NCBI GenBank assembly: GCA_023213395.1
Contig: CM041465.1
Coordinates: 130,951,741-131,015,740, forward strand
From: Cycas panzhihuaensis
Lineage: Eukaryota > Plantae > Cycadophyta
Direction of reading: 5' to 3'
Length of the DNA stretch: 64,000 nt
Part shown: one piece after another, positions 20,764 to 33,445 of the stretch
Numbering within the stretch: position 1 is the stretch's first letter
How the letters are laid out: every line of letters starts with the position of its first letter
Notes under the pieces: generated by a model
What the model saw: the letters and a program-made list of their open reading frames with translations, nothing else
What the model was told of the DNA's origin: nothing
Database searches by the model: none
Made by a program: the position numbers and the translations under genes

Positions 20764-22576
20764 AAATTATGTATGCCTTTTTGCCCCCACACAGACTTCC
20801 TAATTCAGTCAAGTCTGCACGTCCCTGATTATAACAACCTGTTAGGAAATCTTCAATCATGTGGTACACTGAAGACCCTCGACTTCAAAGCGTTAGCTGA
20901 GAAGTTTATTGAACATGACAACACCTTCACTACTAGCTTTCCACTTTCAAATCCACCTCCTAATGCAGCCTTCGAAGTTGACATGGACAAGGAAGTATAT
21001 TACACCAAACAGCAAGGTTAATCTTCACGCGGAGGAAGAAGACGTCACGGAAGAGGCAAGGGAAAGAAATAGGGACAACAGTAGAGGCAACAACAAGATT
21101 AGCAACAAAACAACGGTCAAAAGACCGCTAATCAGAGACAGTCAAACAACAATGCTTCCACATGTCAAAGGTGTAACAGGAAAGGATACCTTGCAAAAGA
21201 TTGCCGCATTGACTACAACAGATTGTCTCATCATCAACAATAGCAGCATCAAGCCCACAATGTTGATGAGAGTCGTGATGACTTATTTACAGGAGCAAAT
21301 CTCATCTGAGGCACGTATTCAACAAAGCAGGGAAGCATCCACCTCATCTACTACTTCTAGATCTAAGAGGTACATCGAGGCACACTGTGGCACAACCATT
21401 TGTCAGCTTGATTTGCCACTACCTCAACCTCTTGGACAGGCAAATGCTGCATCAACATCATCATCAGCCTGGGTTATGGACAAATGAGCTACCCAACATA
21501 TGACCTGTCATTGGGACTTTTTCTAGGATTTTGATTTAGAGGTCACTAGAGTAGTACACATGGCCGATCAGTCGACACAACCTGTTCAAAGCATGGGATC
21601 CATACACCTGAAGCTCCTAGGCCTACTGGATTTTACTTTAAAAGATGTCTTGTATATTCTCCATCTCAAACAAAACCTTTTGTCGCTATCCACATTTGTC
21701 TCCTGTGGATTCGACCTGAGTGTCACAACTAATTATCAAGTTTATAGTGTTATTCACTTACCTTCATGTTCTGTGGTGATGACTGGGAAACTTGAAGGTA
21801 AGCTATTTAGATTAACTGGAACCACGTTGTCTTCTTTCGCATACCAAGTTGCTGCCCCCATCTGTGTTGAAGAAGAACTTGCATATAATGTCACCTTGAC
21901 TCATTCCAAGCTGTCCCAAGAAGCTCTCTAGCATGCTCGCATGGGGCACATCAAACTTGATCGACTTAAGGAGATCTCCCATTCCAATCGAGGTCTGCCT
22001 AGATTTTCCTCTAAGCCATTCAAATGTGAAGTTTGCATTATTGCCAAATCCCACCGACAACCATTTCTCCAGAGTCAATAGAAAGCCAATTAGCCTCTTG
22101 AATTAGTACACTCAGACATATGTGGGCCTATGCCTATCCCTTCTCTCACAGGGAAGAGATACTACATTGAATTTATTGATGACTTCACTCGAAAGGTATG
22201 GGTGATCTTTCTCAAATCAAAAGATGAAGTATTCACAGTATTCAAGGCATTCAAGACTCTCACAGAGAAGGAATCCAAATATTAGCTGAAGTGTCTCAGG
22301 ACTGACAATGGTGGCTAATACACTTCAAATGAATTCGAAGACTTCTTGTGTCACTAGGGGATCAAGCATGAAACAACTATTGCAGGTATCCCTCAGCAGA
22401 ATGCCGCTACAAAGGGCTAATGTAACCATAATGAATATGGCACGGGCTATGCTCGTCTTCACGAATGTACCTGCATATCTTTGGGTTGAAGCTATTTATA
22501 CTGTAGTCTACTGCATGAACAACATAAGTCCATCGAAGTTCGGCCCGTCTCCAAATGAACGATGGACTGGACGAAC
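20764..22576 (+). mobile_element. Copia A, segment 2: gag C-terminus, PR and integrase
   Basis: CQRCNRKGYLAKDC knuckle; WVMD...QHMT; LELVHSDICGP; LRTDNGG. Cut at ERWTGRT by Copia D. Confidence 0.85.
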
Positions 22577-25500
22577 TGTTAAACCTTATGTTTACATGTT
22601 AAGTATATGTACTTTATTTTTTCATTTATTATTTGTACTTTATGGGGTGACTTATTACTTAAGTGATAAAGTGCACACCCACATTCTTTCTAGTGACATA
22701 ACATTGTCACTAAAGGGTCAAATGGATCCCTCATGCATCTTTGTTCACTTGAGAGCCCAAAAAGACATATGTCCTTCATGCACGAAATGCAAGTTATGTA
22801 ATGCATGTATTTTGGATGTTTGATACTTGTCAAACATCTAATGCTGTTAGGTCTCTTCTTGCTACTCTATATATTAAGACCTCTTCTCATGTTTCACATG
22901 TAGAGTTGGAGTTGTATTGTTATGCTATCAGTTTGCTAATCAACTAGTATTCTTTTGGAGATTGGACTAATTCCATCTCCTCCCATTTGGTATCATCTTG
23001 CTCTTTATACTTTGATCTTGCTCATCTTTCATTTCCATTCCATTATTAGCCTTGTTCTCTTGCTTTCTAGAACTTCTAGATCTTGGGTTTCATAGACCTT
23101 TGCCAGTTTCAACATTTGGTGTCAGAGTAGGAGGAGGCTAGTTCCCTTTGTTCTAATTTCATCTTCAAGGGAGATCAAGTGTGGATTTTACAAACCCTTG
23201 GTGACGATCTTCGCTCTTCGAAGGTGATCAAAGGTTTGTCTAAATATATTATTGTAGATCAAAGCTTTTTGGAGTATTTTAAAGTTTGGAGTTCACTACT
23301 TTCAGATTTGATTTTTTTTTTCAGATCTCCATCAAGGGTGCAACACATTGTTTACTAAAAAAATAGTGATTTTTCCTTAAACTTTCTTTTAAAAAAATTA
23401 TTTTTTTAAGGAAAAGAGATAGATCTGAGTTACTCAACTATTCTTTTGACCACATATCAGTTCTTCAAGCATTTTTTGAGGTTCACAACTGATTTGCAAT
23501 TAATTTGCATCAGTTGTCCCTTAGATCTGGGATAAGTTACGTTTTTTGTGATTTTTTCACTAAAAATTGCATTTTTTAGCTAGTTCTTCTTGTAGAAAGG
23601 GTGTTGGAGTGTTATGCAGTCATTTTAATCTCACTGATAGAGATTACTTGAAGATTCAGGCTCCTTTTTGGCTGTGGATAGAGTACTAGGCATTTTTAGC
23701 CCTTAAACCCCACAATGGAAACACAAAAACACTGGTATTGCTCTTAATCCTGCAAATCTGCTTCACTAAGAAGTGTCTACACCCTTCAGTGGGTCCCACG
23801 ATCACTTTGCAGAAAAGGAACGAAGTCTTAAGAGGATGTACAGTCGATTTTCACCTCCATGGCTTGTGCGCCCACCGTGTGACTTCATTCTCCTTTTGTG
23901 ATTCATTTTAGCTTGTAAAATTCAAGCTGAACCTCCATCTCGGTACTGCACCCCTCCTCCTGAAGTCTCGTGTCAATGTGTTCACTGTGGAGGGAGTTCG
24001 AATGCTCTGAAGGATTTGCAGGTCGCACAACCTGCGTCACCATTTTAAATTTTTTATTTTTATCAAAAATTTCAATTTGAACTTTACTTTTTAAACTTTG
24101 GTTTATGTTTTTAAGAATATTCTCTTGAATATTCTTACCTTTATAAACTTTATATTTCCAAAGTTTTTATTTTAAGTGACTTAATCATTTAAATCATTTC
24201 TTTTAAGCCAAACTTCAGTTATATTTTAGCAATTTAAGCCTTTTAACACTCAATCTTTTCTACATTAGTGTTAAAAGGACTAAAGTGATTTCTAGCGTTA
24301 TTTACATTAAAAGGTGAATTTTTTTCATCATTTTAAGCAATTTCTCTAAAGGCACCTTGCATGTTGACCTAATGCTTAATATTTTATAGGGAAAAGTTCA
24401 CTTTTTTCACTTCTAAAGTCACTTTAAAAAACAAAATTCTTCATTGGTACTTAGTGACTCTTTAAATGACTGTTGTTCAGTCATTTTTCATCATTGTAAA
24501 AGCAAAGATCACTTGTGTTGAATGTTTCCTAAGGCTCCATACGAGGTGCCTTTCAAATACAAGTCACAAAAAGATCAAATTTTAGCCTTTGTTTTGGCAT
24601 TTTAAGCTTTTTTTAACACTTAATTGATGTTATACAAATGTTAAAAGAGCTTAGTTGAAGTGATTTTAAGTGTTTAATACATTGTAAAAGTGATATTCAT
24701 CACTACCTTAATCATTTTCTCTAAGGCACCTTGCATGGTGACCTAATGCCCTAAGTCACAAAAGGGTTCAAAAACACTTTTTCTCAATAAAATCACTTAA
24801 CTTTTTTTTATCGTTGGGACTATTTTAAAGTCCCAACACTTGATGCTTGGTGTCCTCATTTCACAAAGTGGTTTTCTAATTCTTCAAGTTGAGCATTAAA
24901 AGGAACCCACTTGTATCTTCATCACATGGCATCACATCTTTATTTCTTGGGTACTTAGCACTTTCTTGATCGTTCAAAGTGCTTAATTCTTTCTTAAAAC
25001 ACTTATTGTTTTAAGTCTTTACTTGGACTTATTTAGCACTCTTTCACTCTATTAAAGTGCTTTTGTAACAACACTTCTAAGTGTTCTTTTTGATGTACTA
25101 AGTTGCTTTCTTTGAAGTCTCTCATTGTAAGCTCTTTCAAGCATTAGTTTTCAAAAGAACATCACCCAAGTAAAATTAATATTAAGTCAACTTTAATCCT
25201 CTTAAAAAGTGACTTAAAATCAAGTAGGAAAGGCTCGAAAAAGATTCGAACTTTGCTTGCAAAATAACTTTAAGCTTGGTGCATTTCTTAGGGGACCAAC
25301 TGACCGTATGGTCAATGCACGATAATTAAGATTGCTTGAGGGAAAGGAGATTCGAAAAGGGTGTTATTGGGGCTGTGAATCCCAAGGAAAGCATGGTACA
25401 TTCATGCAGATCAAACCTACCTGCCTTGTCCTAGATTTGGCTTGGTCAACTATTGGATCTCTTCTATAGATCAGGGTTGGACCAACTCTTTTGCCTAGTC

Positions 25501-28500
25501 CTCCACCCCTCATCACTCCATTCAGTTGTTGGATCTTCTAGTAAGATCAGGACTGTTGGTTTCGTTAGAAGGTGGAACTTAAGCAACGAAAGCATTGAGT
25601 TTCCAAGTCATCTGTTAGTTTTAAACCTTTACAACTTTAACATGGCTGTTCTAAACATGCTTAATGCATGCACAATTAGATTAACAGGTAATGAAAATTA
25701 TCAAGAATGGAAGAGGCAAACATAAACCTCTTAAAGATGAATGAATTTTGGGTTATGTTTCTGACAAAATTCTCCAACTTGTATCTATGGAAATTGATAG
25801 TGGTGTTGTTCATCTAGATGCTGATTATATTGCTGCTTGGGAGGCCAAGGATGAAGTAGCCTTGGCATTTTTACATATGATCATTGATGTTAATGTTGAT
25901 CAAAATATTGTGTGTATTGAAACATCTAAGCAAGATTGGGACACTATGTCTTGTTTGTATGAAAGGGGAGATGAAGTTCAGATTTTGATGGTGAAAGCAA
26001 AATTATATTCTTTGAAATATGTAAAGTCTATGTCAACATTCCTTGCTTCTATCAAAGAAATATGTAATGAATTGAATACTTTAGGAAAACTAGCTTCCAA
26101 GGATGAGCTTGTAACAACAATTGTTCAAGCTTTGCCTAAAGATTTTAATGGATTTATCTCATCTGTTACACGAAATGGCTAACTTTCAGGCATGTCTTTC
26201 AACCAACTTGAAAGTTTGTTACTTCAAGAGGAGCAGATTTATGACAAGGAAGATGATGATGGAGCATCCATTTCAGAAGCATTCACGGCCAAGTTGAAGG
26301 CCAAGCAAAATCCTAAACCTTCACTCACAAAACTATTTGGGAATATGAACATTGGCATCTCAAAAGCTAATGTCATTTGTCATTATTGTGGCAAGGTTGG
26401 CCACATAGCTCTTGATTGCAGAAAGAAGAAAGTCGATCTTCAATGCACACGCCAATAGTAGCCACATCAGCAGTATCAGAGGCAACAACAACCTCGTCAA
26501 CAGCCCAAAGAAAGCGGCCGGTTTCGAATAACAACAAGAGCAACCTCCTCGACCAAATCAAGGTGCATATCGGGAAGGTCAAAGAGGAAGAGGGTTTTGA
26601 GGTGGCAATCAATGCCACGCCAATTAGTTTGCAGATGAGGATAAGCTACTTTGTGCTTATCACACATCAGATGTTGATCAGACTTGGATCATCGACTCGG
26701 GTAATCACGTCATATGACTGGGAGTGAAGAACTCCTTTATGACATCAAAGAAGGAAATGGTCGATCAGTGACCTTTGGCAACAATGAATCGGCATTTACG
26801 GTATAGGCAAAAGTTGCCTCATTTCATTCTCCCTCAAATCCTTTTTCCACATTTCCCAATGGTGATGCCTACTTTATCCCTTCCATGGAGAGGCGTTTGC
26901 TATTTATTAGCCAATTAGACAAGCAACATATGAGCATTTTGTTTAAAAATGGGAAATGTGTCATTAGTGACAAGCATGATCGGGTTGCAGCCATTTGTCA
27001 TGAAGACCATGGCCTTTATGAGTTGGATGCAAATAATATAACTCTTGATTCTGCTTACTCTGTCACGTAATCATCAACAAAGATGCAACTTTGGCATTAT
27101 TGTCTAGGCCACTTGAGTGTAGATAATATGAAGTTGATGATAAACAAAAACATGGTGCATGGGCTTCCAAAGCTATATGGTTCAAAATGTCTTTGTGAAA
27201 CATGTATAATGGGGACATAACATCAGTTGCCTTTTCCTAAAGGCAAAGCATGGCGTGCATCGTATTCTTTGCAGTTAATACATTCGGATTTATGTGGGCC
27301 TATGTCCACAACATCTTTTGGAGGAGCATTGTACTACATCTCCTTCACAGATGATTTCTCTCACAAGGTTTGGGTTTACTTTATCAAACAAAAGTCATAA
27401 GCATTCTAAAAGTTTAAGGAATTCAAACTTGAAGTAGAGAATGAATCTGGTTATTCAATCAAAATTCTAAGGTCAGATAATGGAGGTGAATTCACTTCAA
27501 AAGAATTCACTCAATTCTGCAAGGATAACGACATTCAGAGACAACTCATTATTCCACATACTCCTCAACAAAACGGAGTCTCTAAACGGATAAACAGAAC
27601 TTTGGCAAACAAAGTCAAAGATATGATGCATGCAAAAGGACTCACACGAGCATATCAAGTGTAAGCATTCCACACAGTTGCTTATGTGGAAAATCGGAGT
27701 CCTACTTCAGCAGTCACCGACATCACACTAGAAGAAGCTTGATCTGGCAAAAAGCCTATTGTCAATCATTTAAGGACATTTGGGTGCATTGCATACACGA
27801 ACATCTTCAATCAGTAAAGATCTAAGTTAGACAAACATAGTCTAAAATGCATTTTTGTAGGCTATGCCATTCATAGCAAAGTTTACAAGTTGTATGATCC
27901 TATTGGGAGGAAAATGCACCTCTCAAGAGATGTAATCTTTGTTGAAGATGAACATAAGGTATTGGAATTTGCATCCATCCAACCTCCTCTTGATAAAGGC
28001 AAATAGATTGTTGAGGCTTTTCTTTCCTTTCAATCTTCCACACCATGTACATCATCTGCACCAGCTGGACCGTCCACATCATCAGACTCTGCTCCACTTG
28101 ATCCTAGCACATCTTCTATTGATCAAACACTCAGACTTGAAAACATTGAGGTTCAAATAACATCAATAAAAAAATTGCCCAAATGGTATACTTAGACTAT
28201 TCAGGATGGCCAGATTGTTGAAGGAAAACATCCATTAAAATATAGGCAACAAACCAATTATTCGCTTATGGTTGAAGTGCTCTGTGTTGATGAGCCTTCC
28301 ACTTTTGAGGAGGCATCTAAAAATGAAAATTGGAAAGCTACCATGGATGAAGAAACCCATTCTATTGAAAAGAATAGAATATGGGATTTGGTAGAATTGC
28401 CTAAGCACAAATAGACAAATAGCTGCAAATGGGTCTATAAGACCAAATTCCATTCTGATGGTACGCTTAAGCGTCCAAAGGCCCGACTTGTTGCAAAGGG

Positions 28501-30296
28501 CTTTTAACAAAAGGAAGGCATTGATTATGAGGAGACCTTTTCACCCGTTGCTAATATGAACACCATCAGACTCATCTTGGCCTTAGCTACTCAATGCAAA
28601 TGCCCAACTTATCAAATGGACGTGAAGAACATCTTTCTCAATGACGATTTTCTGGAGGAGGTATATTTGGAGCAACCTCTTGGTTACAAAGTACAAGGCA
28701 AGGAGCACATGGTTTGTTGCCTGGAAAAGGCTTTGTATGGCTTAAAACAAGCTCCACGAGCATGGTACTAAAAAATCGATGATTATTTTTTAAGACATGG
28801 TTTTCATCGATCCACATTACATCCTAACTTATACATCAAAGTTGGAAAAGACCATGCTATCTTTATTGTCTAGTATGTTGATGACTTAAGGATTACTGCT
28901 TTGAGGTATGGCAACAGCTAGGCTATATCTTCATATCCCAAGCAAAATATTCTTGGGACATTTTGCAACGGTTCAGGATGCATGATTGCAAACCAACGCC
29001 AATGGCTATGGAGAGTGGAACAAAGCTTACTCTCAATGAGGAAGTTGAACGTGCAGATTCCACTCTTTACCGGCAGTTGATTGGTAGCCTCATCTATCTC
29101 ACCAACACTCGATCGAACATTTCATTTGCAGTTGAGATTTGTTCTAGATATATATCTCAACCTAATCAGAAGCATTGGAATGCAGCAAAATGCATACTCA
29201 AATACATCAAAAGCACATTGCAGCATGGCCTTCAGTATGCACATAATAAGGACTTCATCTTGGAAGGGTTCTCAGATTTTGATTGGGTAGATTGCCAGGA
29301 TAGCAGGAGATCCACCTTGGGTTATTGTTTTACCCTTGGTTCAGGAGTTGTTTTATGGAGTTGCAAGAAGCAACTCAATGTTACCTTGTTTTCCACTAAA
29401 GTAGAGTACAAAGCTACAGTCAGCATAGCTTGTGAGGCTATCTGGCTATGACGAATTCTTGGGGAGCTTGGACTTGAACAAGATCACCCCACCAAGATAT
29501 ATTGTGACAATCAAAGTGTGCTCAAGTTGGCCAAGAATCTAGTCTTTCATGCACGGACCAAACACATCGAGGTTCACCATCACTTCATCAGAGAGCATGT
29601 GCAGAATAATGAGATCAATTTCCAATACAGACTTATAGAGGAGCAGGCAATAGATATCTTTACCAAGCCTCTTTGTAGATAAAAAATTGTAAAATTTAGA
29701 TATGGTCTTGGGGTCTGACTTAACATTGTAAACAGTAAAGGGAGGGTGTTAAACCTTATGTTTACATGTTAAATATATGTACTTTATTTTTCCATTCATT
29801 ATTTATACTTTATGGGGTGACTTATCGTTTAAGTGATAAAGTGCACACCCACATTCTTTTTAGTGACACAACATTGTCACGAAAGGGTCAAATGGACCCT
29901 CATGCATCTTTGCTCACTTGAGAGTCCAAAAGGACACATGTCCTTCATGTATGATATGCAAGACATGCAATGCATGTAGCTTGAATGTTTGACACTTGTT
30001 AAACATCCAATGCTATTAGGTCTCTTCAGTTACTTTATATATTGAGACCTTTTCTCATGTTTCACATGTAGAGTTGGAGTTATATTGTTATGCTATCAGT
30101 TTGCTAATCAACTGTTATTCTTTTGGAGATTGGACCAATTCTATCTCCTCCCTTTTGGTATCATCTCACTCTTTATACTTTGATCTTGCTCATCTTTCAT
30201 TTCATTTCCATTATTAGCTTTGTTCTATTGCTTTTTAGAACTAGAGAGAATTATCTTCTAGATCTTGGGTTTCATAGGGCTTTGCCACTTTCAACA
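22577..30296 (+). mobile_element. Copia D: complete degenerate Ty1/Copia element with a 2.5-kb leader
   Basis: LTRs 22577-23114 and 29747-30296. TSD CGAAC at 22572-22576 and 30297-30301. PBS TGGTGTCAGAG at 23117. PPT AAAGGGAGGG before 29747. Confidence 0.95.
25642..29718 (+). pseudogene. Copia D gag-pol
   Basis: RLTGNENYQEWK; CHYCGKVGHIALDC; LQLIHSDLCGP; QMDVKNIFLND; GFSDFDW; DNQS...RTKHIEVHHHFIRE. Confidence 0.9.
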
Positions 30297-32591
30297 CGAA
30301 CCCCCACCATCCATCACTTCAAAATTTTTGGCTCTACTTGTTATGCTCACATTCTTGATGAGCACAGAAATAAGCTCTAGTCGCGAGTTTTAAAGGGCAT
30401 CTTTGTTGGGTACCCTATGAACAAGAAAGGGTACAAGGTCTTCATTCCAACATTAAAGAAGATCATTATCACTAGGGATGTGGTGTTTGCAAAGACAGAG
30501 GATCAACTACTTCGGCTTGATTCTGAAGCACACCATCTCATAGATACAATGATGTCCAAGAATATGATGTACAAATTCCAACATTTGTGGGGGGAGACAC
30601 TGAAGAAATACTCAAATTTTTGGAATCTGACAATAGAGCCCCAGAGAACACTATTAGTGTGCGCCAATCTAGTGCCATCTTGGGAGAATAGCCAGGAATC
30701 ACCACGTCAAGCATCAAAAGGAAAAGGAGCTGCAGAAGAACCACTTTCGCCATGTGGTCGCTTTTCTCCAACAATGTCATCGACCTCTAGACCATACATC
30801 TCCCATGATTCTTTTCAGGATCAAAATGAAAACCAGGATGTTGTGGAAATGAGAACCTCATTCCCAACCAAAGGTTTTCGAGAAGCCTATCAGTTGCACA
30901 AAGACTTGAGATCTAATGAGGTAGGCAAAATTGGCACTCGAAGCGGTGCCTACAGAGGAAGGGAGCAAACATCACTTCCCATAGAGCTTGAACCAGTTGA
31001 ATTGCACTTTGCTTCAAATGACGAGCCTCTATCATACCAAGAAGCTATGAAACACATAGTTTGGAGAAATGGCATGAATAAGGGATGCAAATCCTTGATT
31101 AAGAATGGTACATGGGAGCTCGTTGATCTGCCTTTAGGAAGGAAGGTAGTTAGAAACAAATGGGTGTTCAAAAATAAATACAGATCAGAGGGCACCCTTG
31201 AAAAACACAAGGCGAGGTTGGTCGCAAAAGGATTCACCCAAAGGGAAGGCATCGACTACACAGAGGTCTTCGCATGAACTACCAAATGGCCGACAATCAG
31301 AGCACTTGTGGCCTTGGCTGTTCAACATGGTTGGAAAATCCACCAACTCGATGTGAAAACTTCTTTTCTCAACGTAGACTTGGAAGAAGAAATCTACATG
31401 ATGCAGCCTGAAGGCTTTGAGATAGCAGAACAAGGGTAGAAAGTGTGTAGATTGAAAAAGTCGCTATATGGCCTAAAACAAGCCCCTCGCGCTTGGTTCA
31501 CCAATTTGTCCAACAAAATGAGACAACTTGGTTATGAGGTATGTGACTATGAAGACGTTGATGCAACTTTGTTCATTAAGAGAGAAAAAGGCAAAGTCAC
31601 ATATCTCCTGATCTTTGTGGACGACATGTTGATAACCGAAAATAGTGAGCAGGATATCATCAAATTAAAGATGGACTTGTCAAATTCCTTCGAACTGTCT
31701 GACCTCGGACTAATGAGATATTACTTGGGAATTGAAGTAACTCAATGCAATGGAAATATCTTTCTCTCCCAAGAAAAATATATCAGTGATCTTCTAATCA
31801 AGTTCTGATTAGAAGATGCCAGAACAATGTTTACTCCAATGGAGCCCAATGCCAAACTTTCCGATGAAGACACTCGAGAGGTAGATGCAACACTCTATCG
31901 GCAATTTGTAGATAGCTTCATTTATGTTACGAACATAAGGTCGGATATTGCCCATGCCATTGACATTCTTGCCCGTTACATGACAACTCCAAAGCAAAAC
32001 CATTGGCAAGCAATAATACGAGTGTTGAAGTACCTGAAGACGACCAACAAACTTGGTTTGTTGTATGAGCACAACAATGATTTTAGACTTACAGCATACA
32101 TAGACTCAGTTTTTGCCAGTGATAAAGATACAGGAAGATCAATGTCTGGGTACACCACATTTCTTGGAACAGTTTTGATTTCATGGTGGTCAAGGCGATA
32201 CAAAATTACTATAGATTCTACTGTTGAAGCTGAATACATAGTTGCTTCTAAGACTAGCAAGGAGGTGATATGGCTTCACAAATTATTACATGCTTTGGAT
32301 ATCACCTAGATAGGTCCAATGAGCTTACATGTGGACAATCAGTCAACAATCCACATGGCCAAGAATCTTGTTTTTCATGATCGTATAAAGCACATTAGTA
32401 CAAAGTCCACAGGATCCGGGAACTGGTCCATGATGGCACAATACAATTGGAACGCTACCCCACAATAGATTAAGTGGTCGATGTCTTCTTCAAACCGTTG
32501 TGAAGGGTGAAGTTTGAACAGTCCGACAGCAACTCGGCCTCATGCCTCCATCTCCAATTGACTGAAGGAGATGGCACACAGGACCAACATA

Positions 32592-32740
32592 CTCTATCCC
32601 ATTCGTGAAAACCCCTTGTGGGCATGGAAGGACTAGAGAAAGTCTCTGCTCTCTCCCATTCGTGAAAACCCCTTGTGGGCGTGGAAGGACTAGAGTAAGT
32701 CTCTGCTCTCTCCCATTCGTGAAAACCCCTTGTGGGCGTG
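32592..32740. repeat. 57-bp tandem repeat (2.6 copies) in the Copia A 3' UTR
   Basis: CTCTMTCCCATTCGTGAAAACCCCTTGTGGGC units at 32592, 32649 and 32706. Confidence 0.9.
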
Positions 32741-33079
32741 AAAAAATTTGTGTTGTACTTGTTTTGAAAATCAGAACTTGTGAAAACCCAAAAGGGCATG
32801 GGGGATGACGAAATGGTATATGGAGACTCAACAGATTGAAGTTGCACAACCAACTTGTACTGCTTGGCTATCCGGCTACACTCAAAGAGCCGCTTGAGCC
32901 ACTTCATAGAATAGGAAGTCAAGTCCGTGGATTTTTATTTCCCTAAGGCTTTTCCCACAAAAGTGTCTTGTAGGTTGTTGTTTTTTTTTTTTTCACTGTA
33001 ATGATGAGGCTCAAATGAAGACCTCATAGATTAGAATAGGATAAAGGAAAATGACCTTCTACCATTAAGGGGAGCGGAT

Positions 33080-33445
33080 TGTGACGATGTTAATGTCACA
33101 TGGTCATTTCTTAAAGTTAGAATTAGATAAAGTTACTTTTATGCTTGTAACTTTAGGATAAGGTGACTATGCTTAAGTCACTGAAGTGAAATGACGTAAA
33201 GTTTATTTCATTATAATTTCATGGAATCTCATCTGAATGTCATTGGGAGGGAAAACTCAAATTTTAAACCCTAATGAGCATTCTCATTATATAAGTTGAA
33301 ATTACATGGAGAGTGATCATTTTACACTTCTCCTCTTTGAGCTCAACTTATTAGCATTTCTCTTGTTGAGTACATTGTGCTTGTCTCCACTATTTGCCAT
33401 TGTGTAGTGTTAGTGCATTAGATCCCTAGATCCATTCTCTCAACA
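33080..33445 (+). repeat. Putative Copia A 3' LTR (partner lies outside the window)
   Basis: Purine tract AAGGGGAGCGGA, then TGTGAC...TCAACA, ending exactly where the Copia E integrase is cut. Confidence 0.7.

Larger units (their letters stand above)
30297..33445 (+). mobile_element. Copia A, segment 3: integrase C-terminus, RT, RNase H, 3' UTR and 3' LTR
   Basis: Resumes PTIHHFKIFGSTCYAH right after the Copia D TSD; [11 protein letters not shown]; IFVDD; AYIDSVFASD. Confidence 0.9.

Noticed and set aside
20775-20779. GCCTT as the TSD partner of 3301-3305
   Set aside because: It lies 11 nt beyond the canonical LTR end at 20763 and reads as gag codons (YAF); probably coincidental.
32470-32922. 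Repeat-containing protein ORFs on both strands
   Set aside because: Explained by the 57-bp tandem repeat; no protein motif recognised.
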